From Candidatus Cloacimonadales bacterium (lineage in GTDB: Bacteria; Cloacimonadota; Cloacimonadia; Cloacimonadales; DAONDQ01), in contig OY759316.1 of NCBI GenBank assembly GCA_963662275.1, positions 736,001-800,000 of the forward strand: a stretch of DNA of 64,000 nucleotides. The letters run 5' to 3'. Numbering within the stretch: position 1 is the first letter of the stretch; each line of letters opens with the position of its first letter. Position numbers and translations under genes: made by a program. The notes beneath the pieces are model-generated. The model ran no database searches. It was not told where the DNA came from and worked only from the letters and a program-made list of their open reading frames with translations. Positions 1 through 9,805 of this stretch are shown piece after piece.

Positions 1-393
1 AAACGTTTCAAGGATAAGATACGTAAGCTTACTCCCCGCAACAGTGGCATCCCAATATCCATGACGATAGGAAGCCTGAATCCTGTACTAAGGGGATGGG
101 GTAACTATTTCAAAGTTGCGAGTTGTAAAAGCATCTTTGCGAGCCTGATGGAATGGATACGAAGGAGGCTTCGAATGAAGAAGATGCGTGAATGGAAGAG
201 CTGGAAAGCATTCCATAAAGCAATGCGCAGACAAGGCTTCAAGGGAGAATGCCCAAAACTATCTATGACCAGATGGCGTAACGCTCAGAGCTTCCACTTA
301 TGCTTTGCCTTGCCGAACAAGTGGTTTGAAGAAATGAAGTTGTTTGATTTGACATCACTTCAGACAAGTGTTTTATTTAATTACTACGAGTAA
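1..393 (+). CDS. ltrA: Group II intron reverse transcriptase/maturase, C-terminal (thumb/X domain) part; 5'-truncated by the window edge
   Basis: Frame is open from base 1 (KRFKDKIRKLTPRNSG...LNPVLRGWGNYF...WIRRRLR), the maturase X-domain signature; intron DV/DVI follow directly. Confidence 0.93.
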   Translation, partial: KRFKDKIRKLTPRNSGIPISMTIGSLNPVLRGWGNYFKVASCKSIFASLMEWIRRRLRMKKMREWKSWKAFHKAMRRQGFKGECPKLSMTRWRNAQSFHLCFALPNKWFEEMKLFDLTSLQTSVLFNYYE

Positions 394-490
394 TTACAAG
401 GATTATCAGGAGCCGTGTACGAGACCCGTACGCACGGTTCTGTGAGAGGGATGATGCTGGAATTAATTAGCCAGCATCACCCTACTCGAT
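1..490 (+). mobile_element. 3' part of a group II intron (short DV, IIC-like); ends at ...CCTACTCGAT
   Basis: DV GAGCCGTGTACGAGACCCGTACGCACGGTTC (410-440), DVI hairpin GATGCTGG...CCAGCATC with bulged A, terminal AT at 489-490. Confidence 0.92.
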
Positions 491-637
491 TAGCGCAGAC
501 AGTTCTTCTTTCCTCCTTTTATCTTCCATTCTCACCTTTTATCTTCCATTCCAACATTTTGTCCTTCTTCCTTCCCTCCTTCAATTCTTCTGTCCACTAC
601 AACCTACGCCCAACAACCTTCTGCCAAACCATTTCTC

Positions 638-667
638 TTGACATAGTTTCCGTATAAAAGTTACATT
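638..667 (+). promoter_or_regulatory. Putative sigma70 promoter for the 707 gene
   Basis: TTGACA at 638-643 and TACATT at 662-667, upstream of the GAGG RBS. Confidence 0.4.
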
Positions 668-706
668 CATTAGGAATTACAATTATGTTAAGAAAAGTGA
701 GGTATC

Positions 707-2944
707 ATGAAAACAGCATTTGTTCTTTTATTTCTATTCACATCCTTTTGTTTTGCGTTACCGCGTGGGACGACACAGAATCCTTATCCTGATGGAGGCA
801 TCATAGTTGGTCATGCTCCAGCAATAGAGTTACCTCAACACAACCAATCAATACTGATTTCGCATCCGCTGGATAGGGATAACTGGGAACCTGTGGATAC
901 ACTTCATTTTGATACAATCCTTCCAGCAGGAAGTTATTTGGGGTTTCAATATCAGCAAAATAGTCATCATACAATGTTGTTCACGAATATTGGAGAACTA
1001 ATACCGGAATCAAAAACGGCAATACAAAAATCTCCAGCATGGCTCAGGGTTGATTTGGAAAGTGTGCTGAATAAACTTTCAGTTGCAAAGCAACTGATAT
1101 GGGCAAGTGTCATCAATGATGCTGTTGATCCGTATATTGATGAGATCGCTTTCAGTATTGCTCATTCTTCCATTCAATATTTATCGTCAACCTATGCAAA
1201 TCCACAGCTCATGATAGAAAATGCCAACATGATTTACCAGGTAGATACTAATTTGCCATATGTGGATATCATGGATTACGGTACTTCCACAACGAATCCT
1301 GATTATTATTCAACAACACGTTACAGAAGGATGAATGCTGATAGTACGATCAGTTATATAGAAGTGCCCCGCGATATCTATTATTGGTATATTGTGCATC
1401 CTAAAATTACGGATGAAATACCTGCTTATATAGATCCGTCTATCGTTGAAAGCAATACATCACATGTGAATAATATCGCTGCCCCACCTACCGGCAAGTT
1501 CTGGCGTACTTTTTTGTATTCTGTACAGCAGGACACTCTTCCTGTTCTTAGTCAGGTATTAGCAAATTGCCAGACATTAAGAAACTGGAATGGAACTCCT
1601 GGAGATGCAATAACCGCTATCCAGGATTGGATCAATGCAACGATCAGTTTTACTTCTAATGCAGAACGACCTCATCAGCCTGTTCGTATTTTTCAAAAAC
1701 ATTTTGGAAGATGTGGAGAACATGCTGATTATACAGCAGCCGCTGCTCGGTTAGCTTTAATTCCTTGTACAAGTATTCAAGCCATTTCAGTTGATCATAC
1801 CTGGAATGAGTTTTGGGATGAGAATTGGATTCATTGGGAGCCTGTAAATCATTCAATTAATGACCCTTTTGTCTATGAAAACGGATGGACTTGGAGTTTT
1901 GGATCAGTATTTGAGACAAGAAGCGATGGTTTCCTGACACCGATTACAGAGAGATATTCTGAAGGAATTGCCACGATTAATATCGTTGTCCTCGATAACC
2001 AACAACAACCAATCGACGGAGCCAGGGTATTGTTAATGGTGAATGCTGCCGGAACACTGAAATTCGATATGCAGGGAATTACTGGGAATGATGGGATTTG
2101 TACATTTCCGGTTGGAGAAAATCGTCATTTCGCTGCTCGAGTGGAAACATCCATTGGATCATTACCTGAAACTGGAGGAGAATATCTTGATCTAGTTGAA
2201 AGTACGTCTGATGGTAATGTGTATTCATATCAGTTTGATATCAGTAATAGCATGCCCGCAGCTAATATAAATCTGATTGAACCAGCTCCGATTGATGAGA
2301 ATTACCGCCTGGTAACATCACTGAATGTCTCCAAACAGGTTTTATGCGGGGTTGTTATGTGGGATGATATCATGGATGTCTCAACCAGACCCTCTGTATA
2401 TAAGACCCTAGACATACCTGGTGATGCGAATTTTATTCTGACAGACTCAGATAATATTATGTTCTATCAAGCAGTTTCAGTGGCAGATGCGTATAACTTT
2501 TCAGGTTCATTTTCCCAGGAAACAGGAATATATCATATTCCTTCGACAATCGATTGGTATGGCTGCGTCGATAATTTTAATCATCTCTCAAATGCACAAT
2601 ATATATCAGGCTCAATGAGATTAGAACAACTTGTTGTGAGTACAGATGATCATCTGGCTATTGATTCTGAATTTAGGGGCTTTCCCAATTATCCAAATCC
2701 TTTTAATCCCAATACAGAGATCAGGTTTCAGTTGCCAAAATCAAACCTGGTTGAGCTTTCCATCTATAATATCAAGGGACAGAAAGTCAAGACCCTACTG
2801 AATCAGTTTATGGAAGCTGGTCAGCAGAAAATCATCTGGAACGGCACAGATGATACAGGGTGTTCAGTCTGTTCAGGTATATACTTTTATCGTTTGGAAG
2901 CAGGTGATAAGTGCTATATACACAAGATGGTGCTGTTAAAATAG
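707..2944 (+). CDS. Secreted transglutaminase-like (PNGase-core-like) protein with C-terminal T9SS-like/FlgD-Ig sorting domain
   Basis: Signal peptide; GRCGEH...DHTWNEFW...WIHWEP catalytic core; C-terminal NYPNPFNP...SGIYFY..KMVLLK. Confidence 0.8.
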   Translation: MKTAFVLLFLFTSFCFALPRGTTQNPYPDGGIIVGHAPAIELPQHNQSILISHPLDRDNWEPVDTLHFDTILPAGSYLGFQYQQNSHHTMLFTNIGELIPESKTAIQKSPAWLRVDLESVLNKLSVAKQLIWASVINDAVDPYIDEIAFSIAHSSIQYLSSTYANPQLMIENANMIYQVDTNLPYVDIMDYGTSTTNPDYYSTTRYRRMNADSTISYIEVPRDIYYWYIVHPKITDEIPAYIDPSIVESNTSHVNNIAAPPTGKFWRTFLYSVQQDTLPVLSQVLANCQTLRNWNGTPGDAITAIQDWINATISFTSNAERPHQPVRIFQKHFGRCGEHADYTAAAARLALIPCTSIQAISVDHTWNEFWDENWIHWEPVNHSINDPFVYENGWTWSFGSVFETRSDGFLTPITERYSEGIATINIVVLDNQQQPIDGARVLLMVNAAGTLKFDMQGITGNDGICTFPVGENRHFAARVETSIGSLPETGGEYLDLVESTSDGNVYSYQFDISNSMPAANINLIEPAPIDENYRLVTSLNVSKQVLCGVVMWDDIMDVSTRPSVYKTLDIPGDANFILTDSDNIMFYQAVSVADAYNFSGSFSQETGIYHIPSTIDWYGCVDNFNHLSNAQYISGSMRLEQLVVSTDDHLAIDSEFRGFPNYPNPFNPNTEIRFQLPKSNLVELSIYNIKGQKVKTLLNQFMEAGQQKIIWNGTDDTGCSVCSGIYFYRLEAGDKCYIHKMVLLK

Positions 2945-2961
2945 ACAAATAGCTTTAGTGA

Positions 2962-3120
2962 ATCATCTATGTAACATTGTTTCAACTATGAAACAGTGTT
3001 ATAGTGTAACGTAACTTATTGATTTAGAATATGTTATGATCTATTCTGCAATCTACGTGTATCATCTATGTAACAGTGAAGGTATCAGGCTATCTGGAAG
3101 ATGCTTCTCTAACTTATTGA
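2962..3120. promoter_or_regulatory. Putative bEBP upstream activator sites and IHF site(s)
   Basis: Imperfect palindrome TGTAACATTGTTTCA-acta-TGAAACAGTGTTATA (2970-3003); ATCATCTATGTAACA at 2962 and 3061; TAACTTATTGATT (3012-3024) matches the IHF consensus YAANNNNTTGATW, with a partial second copy at 3110. Confidence 0.6.
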
Positions 3121-3151
3121 AGTATAAACACATAACAGAAATAATAATTTG

Positions 3152-3167
3152 TGGCTCACCTCTTGCA
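3152..3167 (+). promoter_or_regulatory. sigma54 (-24/-12) promoter
   Basis: TGGCTCACCTCTTGCA = GG-N10-GC, about 33 nt before the ATG at 3200; a sigma54 activator gene lies next door. Confidence 0.75.
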
Positions 3168-3199
3168 CTTATAGATACACAATAGAACAGGAGGTTAAA

Positions 3200-5389
3200 A
3201 TGAAACTGAGATTTTTTGTGTTTCTTCTAATTGTAAGTCTGGCGGCACTTCTTAATGCAGCCTCCATCACAGGTAATATTGCAGATCAACAAGGTCTTCC
3301 GCTTGCTCAATGTAATGTCACTTTACATGGTATTGGTGATAATCCTATGGATCCTCCACATGTTGGACATCATAGTGACCAAATCAGTGTTACAGATGAA
3401 CAAGGTATTTATACTTTTGAAAATGTCGAAATCGGTTCTTATACCATTCAAGCTGATAAGCGTGGCTATCTTGAGCAACCTTATATTGATCCCACTACTG
3501 GACATCTGAATGTGATTGAAATTGATGCAGATGAACAAGAAGTCGAAGGGATTAATATTGTTATGACCCGCGAAGGTGGACCTCTTGAACGCTTCGGTAG
3601 CGTTAGTGGTTTAGTAAAAGGTACAGATGATCTGCCGCTTAGCGGTATCATGGTTGGTGTTGCATTAGCATCACAACCTGATTCCCTGATTCCTTTCCAT
3701 TATGCAGAATCGAATTGGGAAGGATTTTATAGCATCATGGGTTTGGAAACAAATCAAAGTTATGTTGCAAAAGCAATCAACAACTTCACCATGACTGCAA
3801 TTTCTAATGATGTTCCTTTCACGACTACCACCTCATTACCCTATGTGAGAAATTTGGATATTACTCTTCCTTATCAAGGTTATTCCATATCCGGTACTGC
3901 TTACAATAGAGAAGGGCTTCCGATTCCACATGCCTTTGTTGTACTGTACAATATTGTTCCCAATACCACAAATAGCATTTATCTTTGGATTGGTACATTT
4001 GCTGATATGGATGGACACTACACATTACAGCATATTGTTCCGGGTTCCTATAATATGGCATTGGTCAATCACTTCTGGATGCCTGTATTTTATCCTTCAA
4101 CAACCGATTATGATGCCGCAGGTGTCGTGACTGTTGTTGATGCCAATGTTGAAGGCATCGATATTACCATTCCAATACCTCAAACTTATACCCTGAGCGG
4201 GTTTGTTACTGATGCAACTACAGGTTTAGCTTTATCCGGTATCAAAGTACGCATCGATCGTCCTGGGATGGGACATCATGGTGATCCAACAACCGGACCA
4301 GCAGATTCTACAAGCTGTCCTGATTTTATCACCAATGCAACGACTGATGAGACTGGATATTGGTCTTTTGTCGTTCCACAAGGTGATTATGTCTTAGTGG
4401 CTGTTGATCCGACCCATGTTTATCGTGCCCAATTCTATGGTGGAGCTTCAAATCCATTCGAAGCAACTCATCTTATCGTTGATAGCGATCTGGATAGTCT
4501 TAACTTTGCGATGTCAATTAATGTACCTACTGTAACTAACAGTATCAGTGGATTGATCACTGAAAACGGTGCAATACCTTCATACCCGGTTATGGTAGTA
4601 GCTGTATCCAGTGATGAAGATTGGGAAGATGCCACAATGACAGATCAGAACGGTGCATATACTTTACGTCATGTTCGTCCTGGTGATTATTACGTTGTCG
4701 CATGTGCTCCTTCTGCACCTCCAACATACTATCAAAATTCAATTACTTGGGAAGATGCTCAACTTGTCACAGTTAATGGAAGCGTCTTAGGCATAGATAT
4801 CCAGTTGAATTATACCCCACTCAGCGGACCGGGTACATTAGAAGGTACTGTAGTCTCAGCGGGTGGTACTCCCCTTGCAAATGTAACGGTTGCTCTTCAG
4901 GATAATCAGGATAATGTAATTACTTTCGCCACAACTGATGCAAACGGACAATACTCGATTCCGCAACTTGCTGATCAGAACTATAAAGCGATTGTGACTA
5001 TTCTGAATGTTCCTACATATGAAGAGCAAGTCTTGGTAACTGGAAATGTGAATCGTGATTTTGTTTTAAACGCACCTACTGGAACTGATGATCAATACCA
5101 GACTTTACCGACTACATCTGTATCTCTTAGAAACTACCCGAATCCCTTTAATCCTGTCACAACGATTGCTTTTAACGTCCCTAAAGCATCCAATGTGACC
5201 GCAGAAATCTACAATCTGAAAGGACAGAAAGTTAAGACCTTGGTCCATGGTTTCCTTTCAACCGGTCTGCAGCAATTGAGTTGGAATGGTACTAATGATA
5301 TGGGTAAGACTGTATCCAGTGGTATCTACTTCTGCAAAGTAAAGGGAAACAATTTCCACAGCACCCATAAAATGGTCATGCTGAAATAA
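3200..5389 (+). CDS. Secreted protein with tandem carboxypeptidase-regulatory-like (beta-sandwich) repeats and C-terminal T9SS-like sorting domain
   Basis: AGGAGG RBS then ATG 3200; signal peptide; repeated ISG.V.D..G.PL....V...TD..G.Y modules; NYPNPFNP CTD. Confidence 0.85.
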   Translation: MKLRFFVFLLIVSLAALLNAASITGNIADQQGLPLAQCNVTLHGIGDNPMDPPHVGHHSDQISVTDEQGIYTFENVEIGSYTIQADKRGYLEQPYIDPTTGHLNVIEIDADEQEVEGINIVMTREGGPLERFGSVSGLVKGTDDLPLSGIMVGVALASQPDSLIPFHYAESNWEGFYSIMGLETNQSYVAKAINNFTMTAISNDVPFTTTTSLPYVRNLDITLPYQGYSISGTAYNREGLPIPHAFVVLYNIVPNTTNSIYLWIGTFADMDGHYTLQHIVPGSYNMALVNHFWMPVFYPSTTDYDAAGVVTVVDANVEGIDITIPIPQTYTLSGFVTDATTGLALSGIKVRIDRPGMGHHGDPTTGPADSTSCPDFITNATTDETGYWSFVVPQGDYVLVAVDPTHVYRAQFYGGASNPFEATHLIVDSDLDSLNFAMSINVPTVTNSISGLITENGAIPSYPVMVVAVSSDEDWEDATMTDQNGAYTLRHVRPGDYYVVACAPSAPPTYYQNSITWEDAQLVTVNGSVLGIDIQLNYTPLSGPGTLEGTVVSAGGTPLANVTVALQDNQDNVITFATTDANGQYSIPQLADQNYKAIVTILNVPTYEEQVLVTGNVNRDFVLNAPTGTDDQYQTLPTTSVSLRNYPNPFNPVTTIAFNVPKASNVTAEIYNLKGQKVKTLVHGFLSTGLQQLSWNGTNDMGKTVSSGIYFCKVKGNNFHSTHKMVMLK

Positions 5390-5405
5390 TTCATCTGTAC
5401 ATCTG

Positions 5406-5436
5406 AAAGGGAAAAGCTTAGGCTTTTCCCTTTTTT
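5406..5436 (+). terminator. Rho-independent terminator
   Basis: AAAGGGAAAAGC-ttag-GCTTTTCCCTTT followed by a T-run, just after the 5389 stop. Confidence 0.8.
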
Positions 5437-5484
5437 AATTGACATATCTGTTACTGAAATGTTACAGGTGTAACAAATGAATAT

Positions 5485-8400
5485 ATGGGGTGCTATATGC
5501 CTTCCGAACAAATTATGTTCTCTCAACTGGAAGTAGTTGAAACATTAGGCGAAAGTATCTTTTCCCGAACCTTCCTTGTACAGGACTCCCGAGGAAAGAG
5601 ATTTGTCAGGAAAGAGTATAAAAGCGGATTACTTAGTGAAGCCAGAAGAGAATATATGTTTCTTCAAACAATCCGTGGTGATGGTATAGTTTCTCCGATC
5701 ACGTATGGGGAAGATGGACATCCGTGGCTTCTCATGGAGTATATTGAGGGAAGTCCTTTAAATCCAAATGTTTTTAAAAGCAGTAAAATAACCTATCGTT
5801 TTTTAGCTCAGCTTGCCTCGATCATAGCAAAAATCCATGCCTGCGGTATTGTTTTAAATGATTTGAAACCAACTAATTTATTAATCCATGAAAATAAGCC
5901 TGTACTGCTTGATCTCGGACTGGCAACGGTCAATCTCTACCAGGATGCAAATTTTCGAGGTACAACAGCCTATGCTGCTCCAGAGAAGATATTAAGACAG
6001 ACAAATCACCAGGCGGGGGATATCTTTTCCATGGGTATGCTGATTTACTTTGTAGAACATGGGAAAACACTTGTCGATGAGGTTGGCATCAATTCATACC
6101 AGAATTTCCTTAGTTCTGAGGAAACATGGCAGGAATTTATTAACGGTCATATTGAAGATGATTTCTTATTGAGTATGCTGGATTACCAACCCAAGGATCG
6201 TCCGGCTGCTTATCAAATAGCAAAGCATTTTGCTGAATTGGGTACGATAACCTGCACAGATCTGAATATATATGAAATTCAATCGGTCATTTTCAAGTCT
6301 CAGCAGGTAGCTGTAGAACGATTATGGAATAAAAAGCAGTTAAAATGCCAGTTTGCAGATGAACCATTCCATTTGGAGCAATTACTCTCACTATGGTCTG
6401 AATCCAATGGGAAAAGACTGCTGGTACTTGATGAACGTTCATTTATTTCTCAGCCGGATTTATTCTTCCAATCTTTTCCTATTGGTTACAGAGATAAAAG
6501 CGTATTCCGCGATCTCTTCATGGATTGGATCAGCGAACAACCAGTTTCTCTGCTATTGAAGCGCAATAAAACCAGGGGACTTAGCAGTTTCTTTGATGAA
6601 TTAGCAGAATTTCATTCCGCCATGGTTCTATGGGATGACTTAGAAAGTGACTTGAAGCCTGTTGGCACAACGGAGATTCGTTCAATTATTGATAACTTAT
6701 GTATTCCAGATACACAAAAGCAGCAGATGATCAAGCAACTGAAATCAAGCAGAGCATTTCACTTACGCCTGGCGTTAACAGAATTTTTACGTAAGAAAAG
6801 CGATCATAACTCTCAAAACGATTTGGTTGATTTTCTAGCCTGGCTTGAATCTCCTATACCAGTCTCTTTAGCTGAACATGCTTGGGAGAATTGGTATCAA
6901 TTAATCCAGGATGGTATCATCAAACATCAGTTAAGACTTGAAGGAGAGCAAATCAGTGTTGAAAAATCACGTAAATCGATTCATCTACCTCAAGAGGATT
7001 TGTTGCAGAAAATTGATTTAGCTGCTCTCCATAATGGACAGTTTTACGTTTCCGGTTTGATTCATTTTGCCTTGGGAGATGTGGGAAAAGCTCTTTCTTC
7101 ATGGGTGATATATGTGGACGATTTAAGCCATAAGCAGTACTATTTTTCTGCCTATGAATTTCTGCGTCAGTTGCATTCGATGATACCTAATGCGGACTAT
7201 CCCTTTGAATTACGCAAGAAAGAAGCTTTCATAGCTCGAATTGTTGGTCGTTTTGAAGAAGCGATGGACTTATATACACAATTAAGAAAGGAAACTAAGG
7301 GATTAACAGAAGCTGTTCTGGCAGTAGATCAGGCAATCGTACTTCAATCGTTGAATCGCCATGATGAGGCAATCGAAATTTACCAGGAAGCTATAGAGCT
7401 TTTCCGGATAAACCAGGATTGGAAAGCAACCTTACGAGCCATGAATAACCTGGGAGCTGTCTATTTTGGACTCCAGCGTTACTTTGATGCAGAGCGTCTT
7501 TTCAATGAGGTCTTACTGCAGGCGCGAGCCATCAATAATCTGCAATTTGAAACGATATCATTTCTGAATCTTGCTGACATATATTTAAAAAGAGGAGATT
7601 GGAATAAGGCTCTCTTCTTTACGGAAAAGGCAATTGCCATAACAATCAGGAATCAGAAGTGGAATCTCCAGGTTAATGGAACAATACTAATGTGCAGAGC
7701 GCTATTTGCGCAGGGTGAATCAGGAAAAGCAATTCAGTGTCTGACAGATATTTTGGATGATAGCAGATGTAAGGAGAATCCAATACTTACTTCAGAAATT
7801 AATGCCTGGCTGCTTCATTTTTCTGAGCTGAACACGAATGATATTGTGGATTCTTTGTATAAGGAATTACTCGAACATCATGAACCAGAGCAAGAAATAC
7901 TGATTCGTGAGCTTTTCTTTTCAGCGTATGGTCGCAAACATTATTGGCAAGCTGTTCTATTGGCAAAAAAACTGGACAAGGTTACGATGTTGAAGTTTTT
8001 TTTAGATAATGACGTAGAGTCCATTGAAAAGCGTTTGCAGGAACTGAAGCAGCAACAGGAAATAGATTCCTATCTATATTATGCTCTTCATCTAATGAGA
8101 ACGGGCATGATTTGCGAAAAAGATACTCTCTACGATGAAATCTGGGAATCAGCAGAGCTTTTTGCCTATGAACCTTTACGGAAGTTCAATAAACATTTTA
8201 CGGGAGTTTATGATCACAGTTCAGATGTCTTGGAATATCTATGGATGGATATATCCACAGGTTTTGATTTTTCATCGGCTATCAGTAAAGCGCTAGAATT
8301 AATCACTCGTATGACTCGTATGGAAAGAACCATCTACCTGGAGTATCAGAATGGCACACTGAAAAGTATTGCTGCAATGAATCATGAAATGAAGCCAATA

Positions 8401-9708
8401 GAGTTGGATTCGATTATCCTGAGCCAAACTATTTTACAGAATTCGATAAAAAACCGAGGAGTGAAGTTTTTCTCCCATCTTAATGAAACAGTATCTATCG
8501 ATGTGCATTCCAGCATTTTAGGCTTAGGGCTTCGTTATGCTATTAGTTGCCCAATATATGCTAAGGATCAAATCTTGGGGATATTCTATTCTGATTCCCG
8601 TGAGGAGATGATTCAAACGGAAGAAGAGAAGCAGGTTATCCGCATTATGATGCTGCAAGTTCAGAATGCCCTGGAACGTCTTGTTTTCTATCAATACTTA
8701 CAGGAACATGGGGAAGTGACTAACTTGGATAATGATGTATTACAATCGCATCAAATGGTTGGAAGCAGCAAAGTCATACAGGAAGTGCTTCAGAAAATCA
8801 ATATGGTTGCCAGGTATAATGTTAATGTGCTTATCACAGGACCGACGGGCAGCGGTAAAGAACTTGTGGCTCGTGCTATCCATGAGCAATTTGCTGAACA
8901 GAATCCCTTTGGTGTTAAAACTCCTTTTATTGCTGTGAACTGTGCTGCAATCCCTGAGCAGTTATTAGAATCTGAACTCTTTGGATATAAGAAAGGCGCC
9001 TTTACCGGCGCTTCTTCAGATAAAAAAGGAAAAATAGAATCTGCTGATAAAGGTACTTTATTCCTGGATGAGATCGGGGAAATGCCCATGCTTCTTCAAG
9101 CAAAATTATTGAGAGTAATCCAGAATATGGTTGTGACTCCGCTAGGCAGCAGCCAGGATGTACCTGTTAGCGTGAGAATCATCACAGCAACAAACCGTAT
9201 GTTGGATGACCAGGTAGCCAATGGTCATTTTCGTGCTGATTTATACTATCGTTTGAAAGTTGTGACTATCGATGTACCCGGATTGTCTGAGAGAAAAGAA
9301 GATATTCCATTACTGATACATTCGTTCATGCAGAAATTCAACCAGAAATTTGGTAAGTCTGTGACTGGAATCCATCCTAAGGCAATCCAATATCTACAAC
9401 AGAAGGAATGGAAAGGCAATGTACGTGAACTCGAAAATACCATGGAGAGAGCTGTTCTTTTGTGTCAGAGAGAATATCTGAGTATAGAGAATTTCCAGGA
9501 AACATCTGAAGCAGAGACACCAGCTCTATTTACTCAAGTTCCACTTGTCTGGGCAGAATATCAGCAATATCGAGCTAGAGTGATTGATGAACTTGATCAT
9601 CGATATGTTAAGCATCTACTGGAAAAAACAGATGATAATGTCATGGCAGCCAGTAAACTGGGACAACTGGAAAGAGTGCAGATCTATCGTCTGCTTAAGA
9701 AGACATGA
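5485..9708 (+). CDS. sigma54-dependent enhancer-binding protein with N-terminal Ser/Thr kinase, TPR and GAF domains, AAA+ core and C-terminal HTH (start may be ATG 5497)
   Basis: NDLKPTN, DLGLA and GTTAYAAPE kinase motifs; TPR helices; GPTGSGKE Walker A, ESELFG, GAFTGA, LFLDEIGE, FRADLYYRL, WKGNVRELEN. Confidence 0.92.
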   Translation: MGCYMPSEQIMFSQLEVVETLGESIFSRTFLVQDSRGKRFVRKEYKSGLLSEARREYMFLQTIRGDGIVSPITYGEDGHPWLLMEYIEGSPLNPNVFKSSKITYRFLAQLASIIAKIHACGIVLNDLKPTNLLIHENKPVLLDLGLATVNLYQDANFRGTTAYAAPEKILRQTNHQAGDIFSMGMLIYFVEHGKTLVDEVGINSYQNFLSSEETWQEFINGHIEDDFLLSMLDYQPKDRPAAYQIAKHFAELGTITCTDLNIYEIQSVIFKSQQVAVERLWNKKQLKCQFADEPFHLEQLLSLWSESNGKRLLVLDERSFISQPDLFFQSFPIGYRDKSVFRDLFMDWISEQPVSLLLKRNKTRGLSSFFDELAEFHSAMVLWDDLESDLKPVGTTEIRSIIDNLCIPDTQKQQMIKQLKSSRAFHLRLALTEFLRKKSDHNSQNDLVDFLAWLESPIPVSLAEHAWENWYQLIQDGIIKHQLRLEGEQISVEKSRKSIHLPQEDLLQKIDLAALHNGQFYVSGLIHFALGDVGKALSSWVIYVDDLSHKQYYFSAYEFLRQLHSMIPNADYPFELRKKEAFIARIVGRFEEAMDLYTQLRKETKGLTEAVLAVDQAIVLQSLNRHDEAIEIYQEAIELFRINQDWKATLRAMNNLGAVYFGLQRYFDAERLFNEVLLQARAINNLQFETISFLNLADIYLKRGDWNKALFFTEKAIAITIRNQKWNLQVNGTILMCRALFAQGESGKAIQCLTDILDDSRCKENPILTSEINAWLLHFSELNTNDIVDSLYKELLEHHEPEQEILIRELFFSAYGRKHYWQAVLLAKKLDKVTMLKFFLDNDVESIEKRLQELKQQQEIDSYLYYALHLMRTGMICEKDTLYDEIWESAELFAYEPLRKFNKHFTGVYDHSSDVLEYLWMDISTGFDFSSAISKALELITRMTRMERTIYLEYQNGTLKSIAAMNHEMKPIELDSIILSQTILQNSIKNRGVKFFSHLNETVSIDVHSSILGLGLRYAISCPIYAKDQILGIFYSDSREEMIQTEEEKQVIRIMMLQVQNALERLVFYQYLQEHGEVTNLDNDVLQSHQMVGSSKVIQEVLQKINMVARYNVNVLITGPTGSGKELVARAIHEQFAEQNPFGVKTPFIAVNCAAIPEQLLESELFGYKKGAFTGASSDKKGKIESADKGTLFLDEIGEMPMLLQAKLLRVIQNMVVTPLGSSQDVPVSVRIITATNRMLDDQVANGHFRADLYYRLKVVTIDVPGLSERKEDIPLLIHSFMQKFNQKFGKSVTGIHPKAIQYLQQKEWKGNVRELENTMERAVLLCQREYLSIENFQETSEAETPALFTQVPLVWAEYQQYRARVIDELDHRYVKHLLEKTDDNVMAASKLGQLERVQIYRLLKKT

Positions 9709-9805
9709 GGCTAGAGGCTAGAGACTGGAATTAGGTGTCAGGTATTTGTAGCTATCATTGAAACTTGGAATATACTTTCGAATAAAAAAATAGAGAGGGG
9801 TCATT

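Noticed and set aside
415..657. 80-aa ORF after the first maturase
   Set aside because: It overlaps intron DV/DVI and a low-complexity pyrimidine tract; no RBS or protein-like features.
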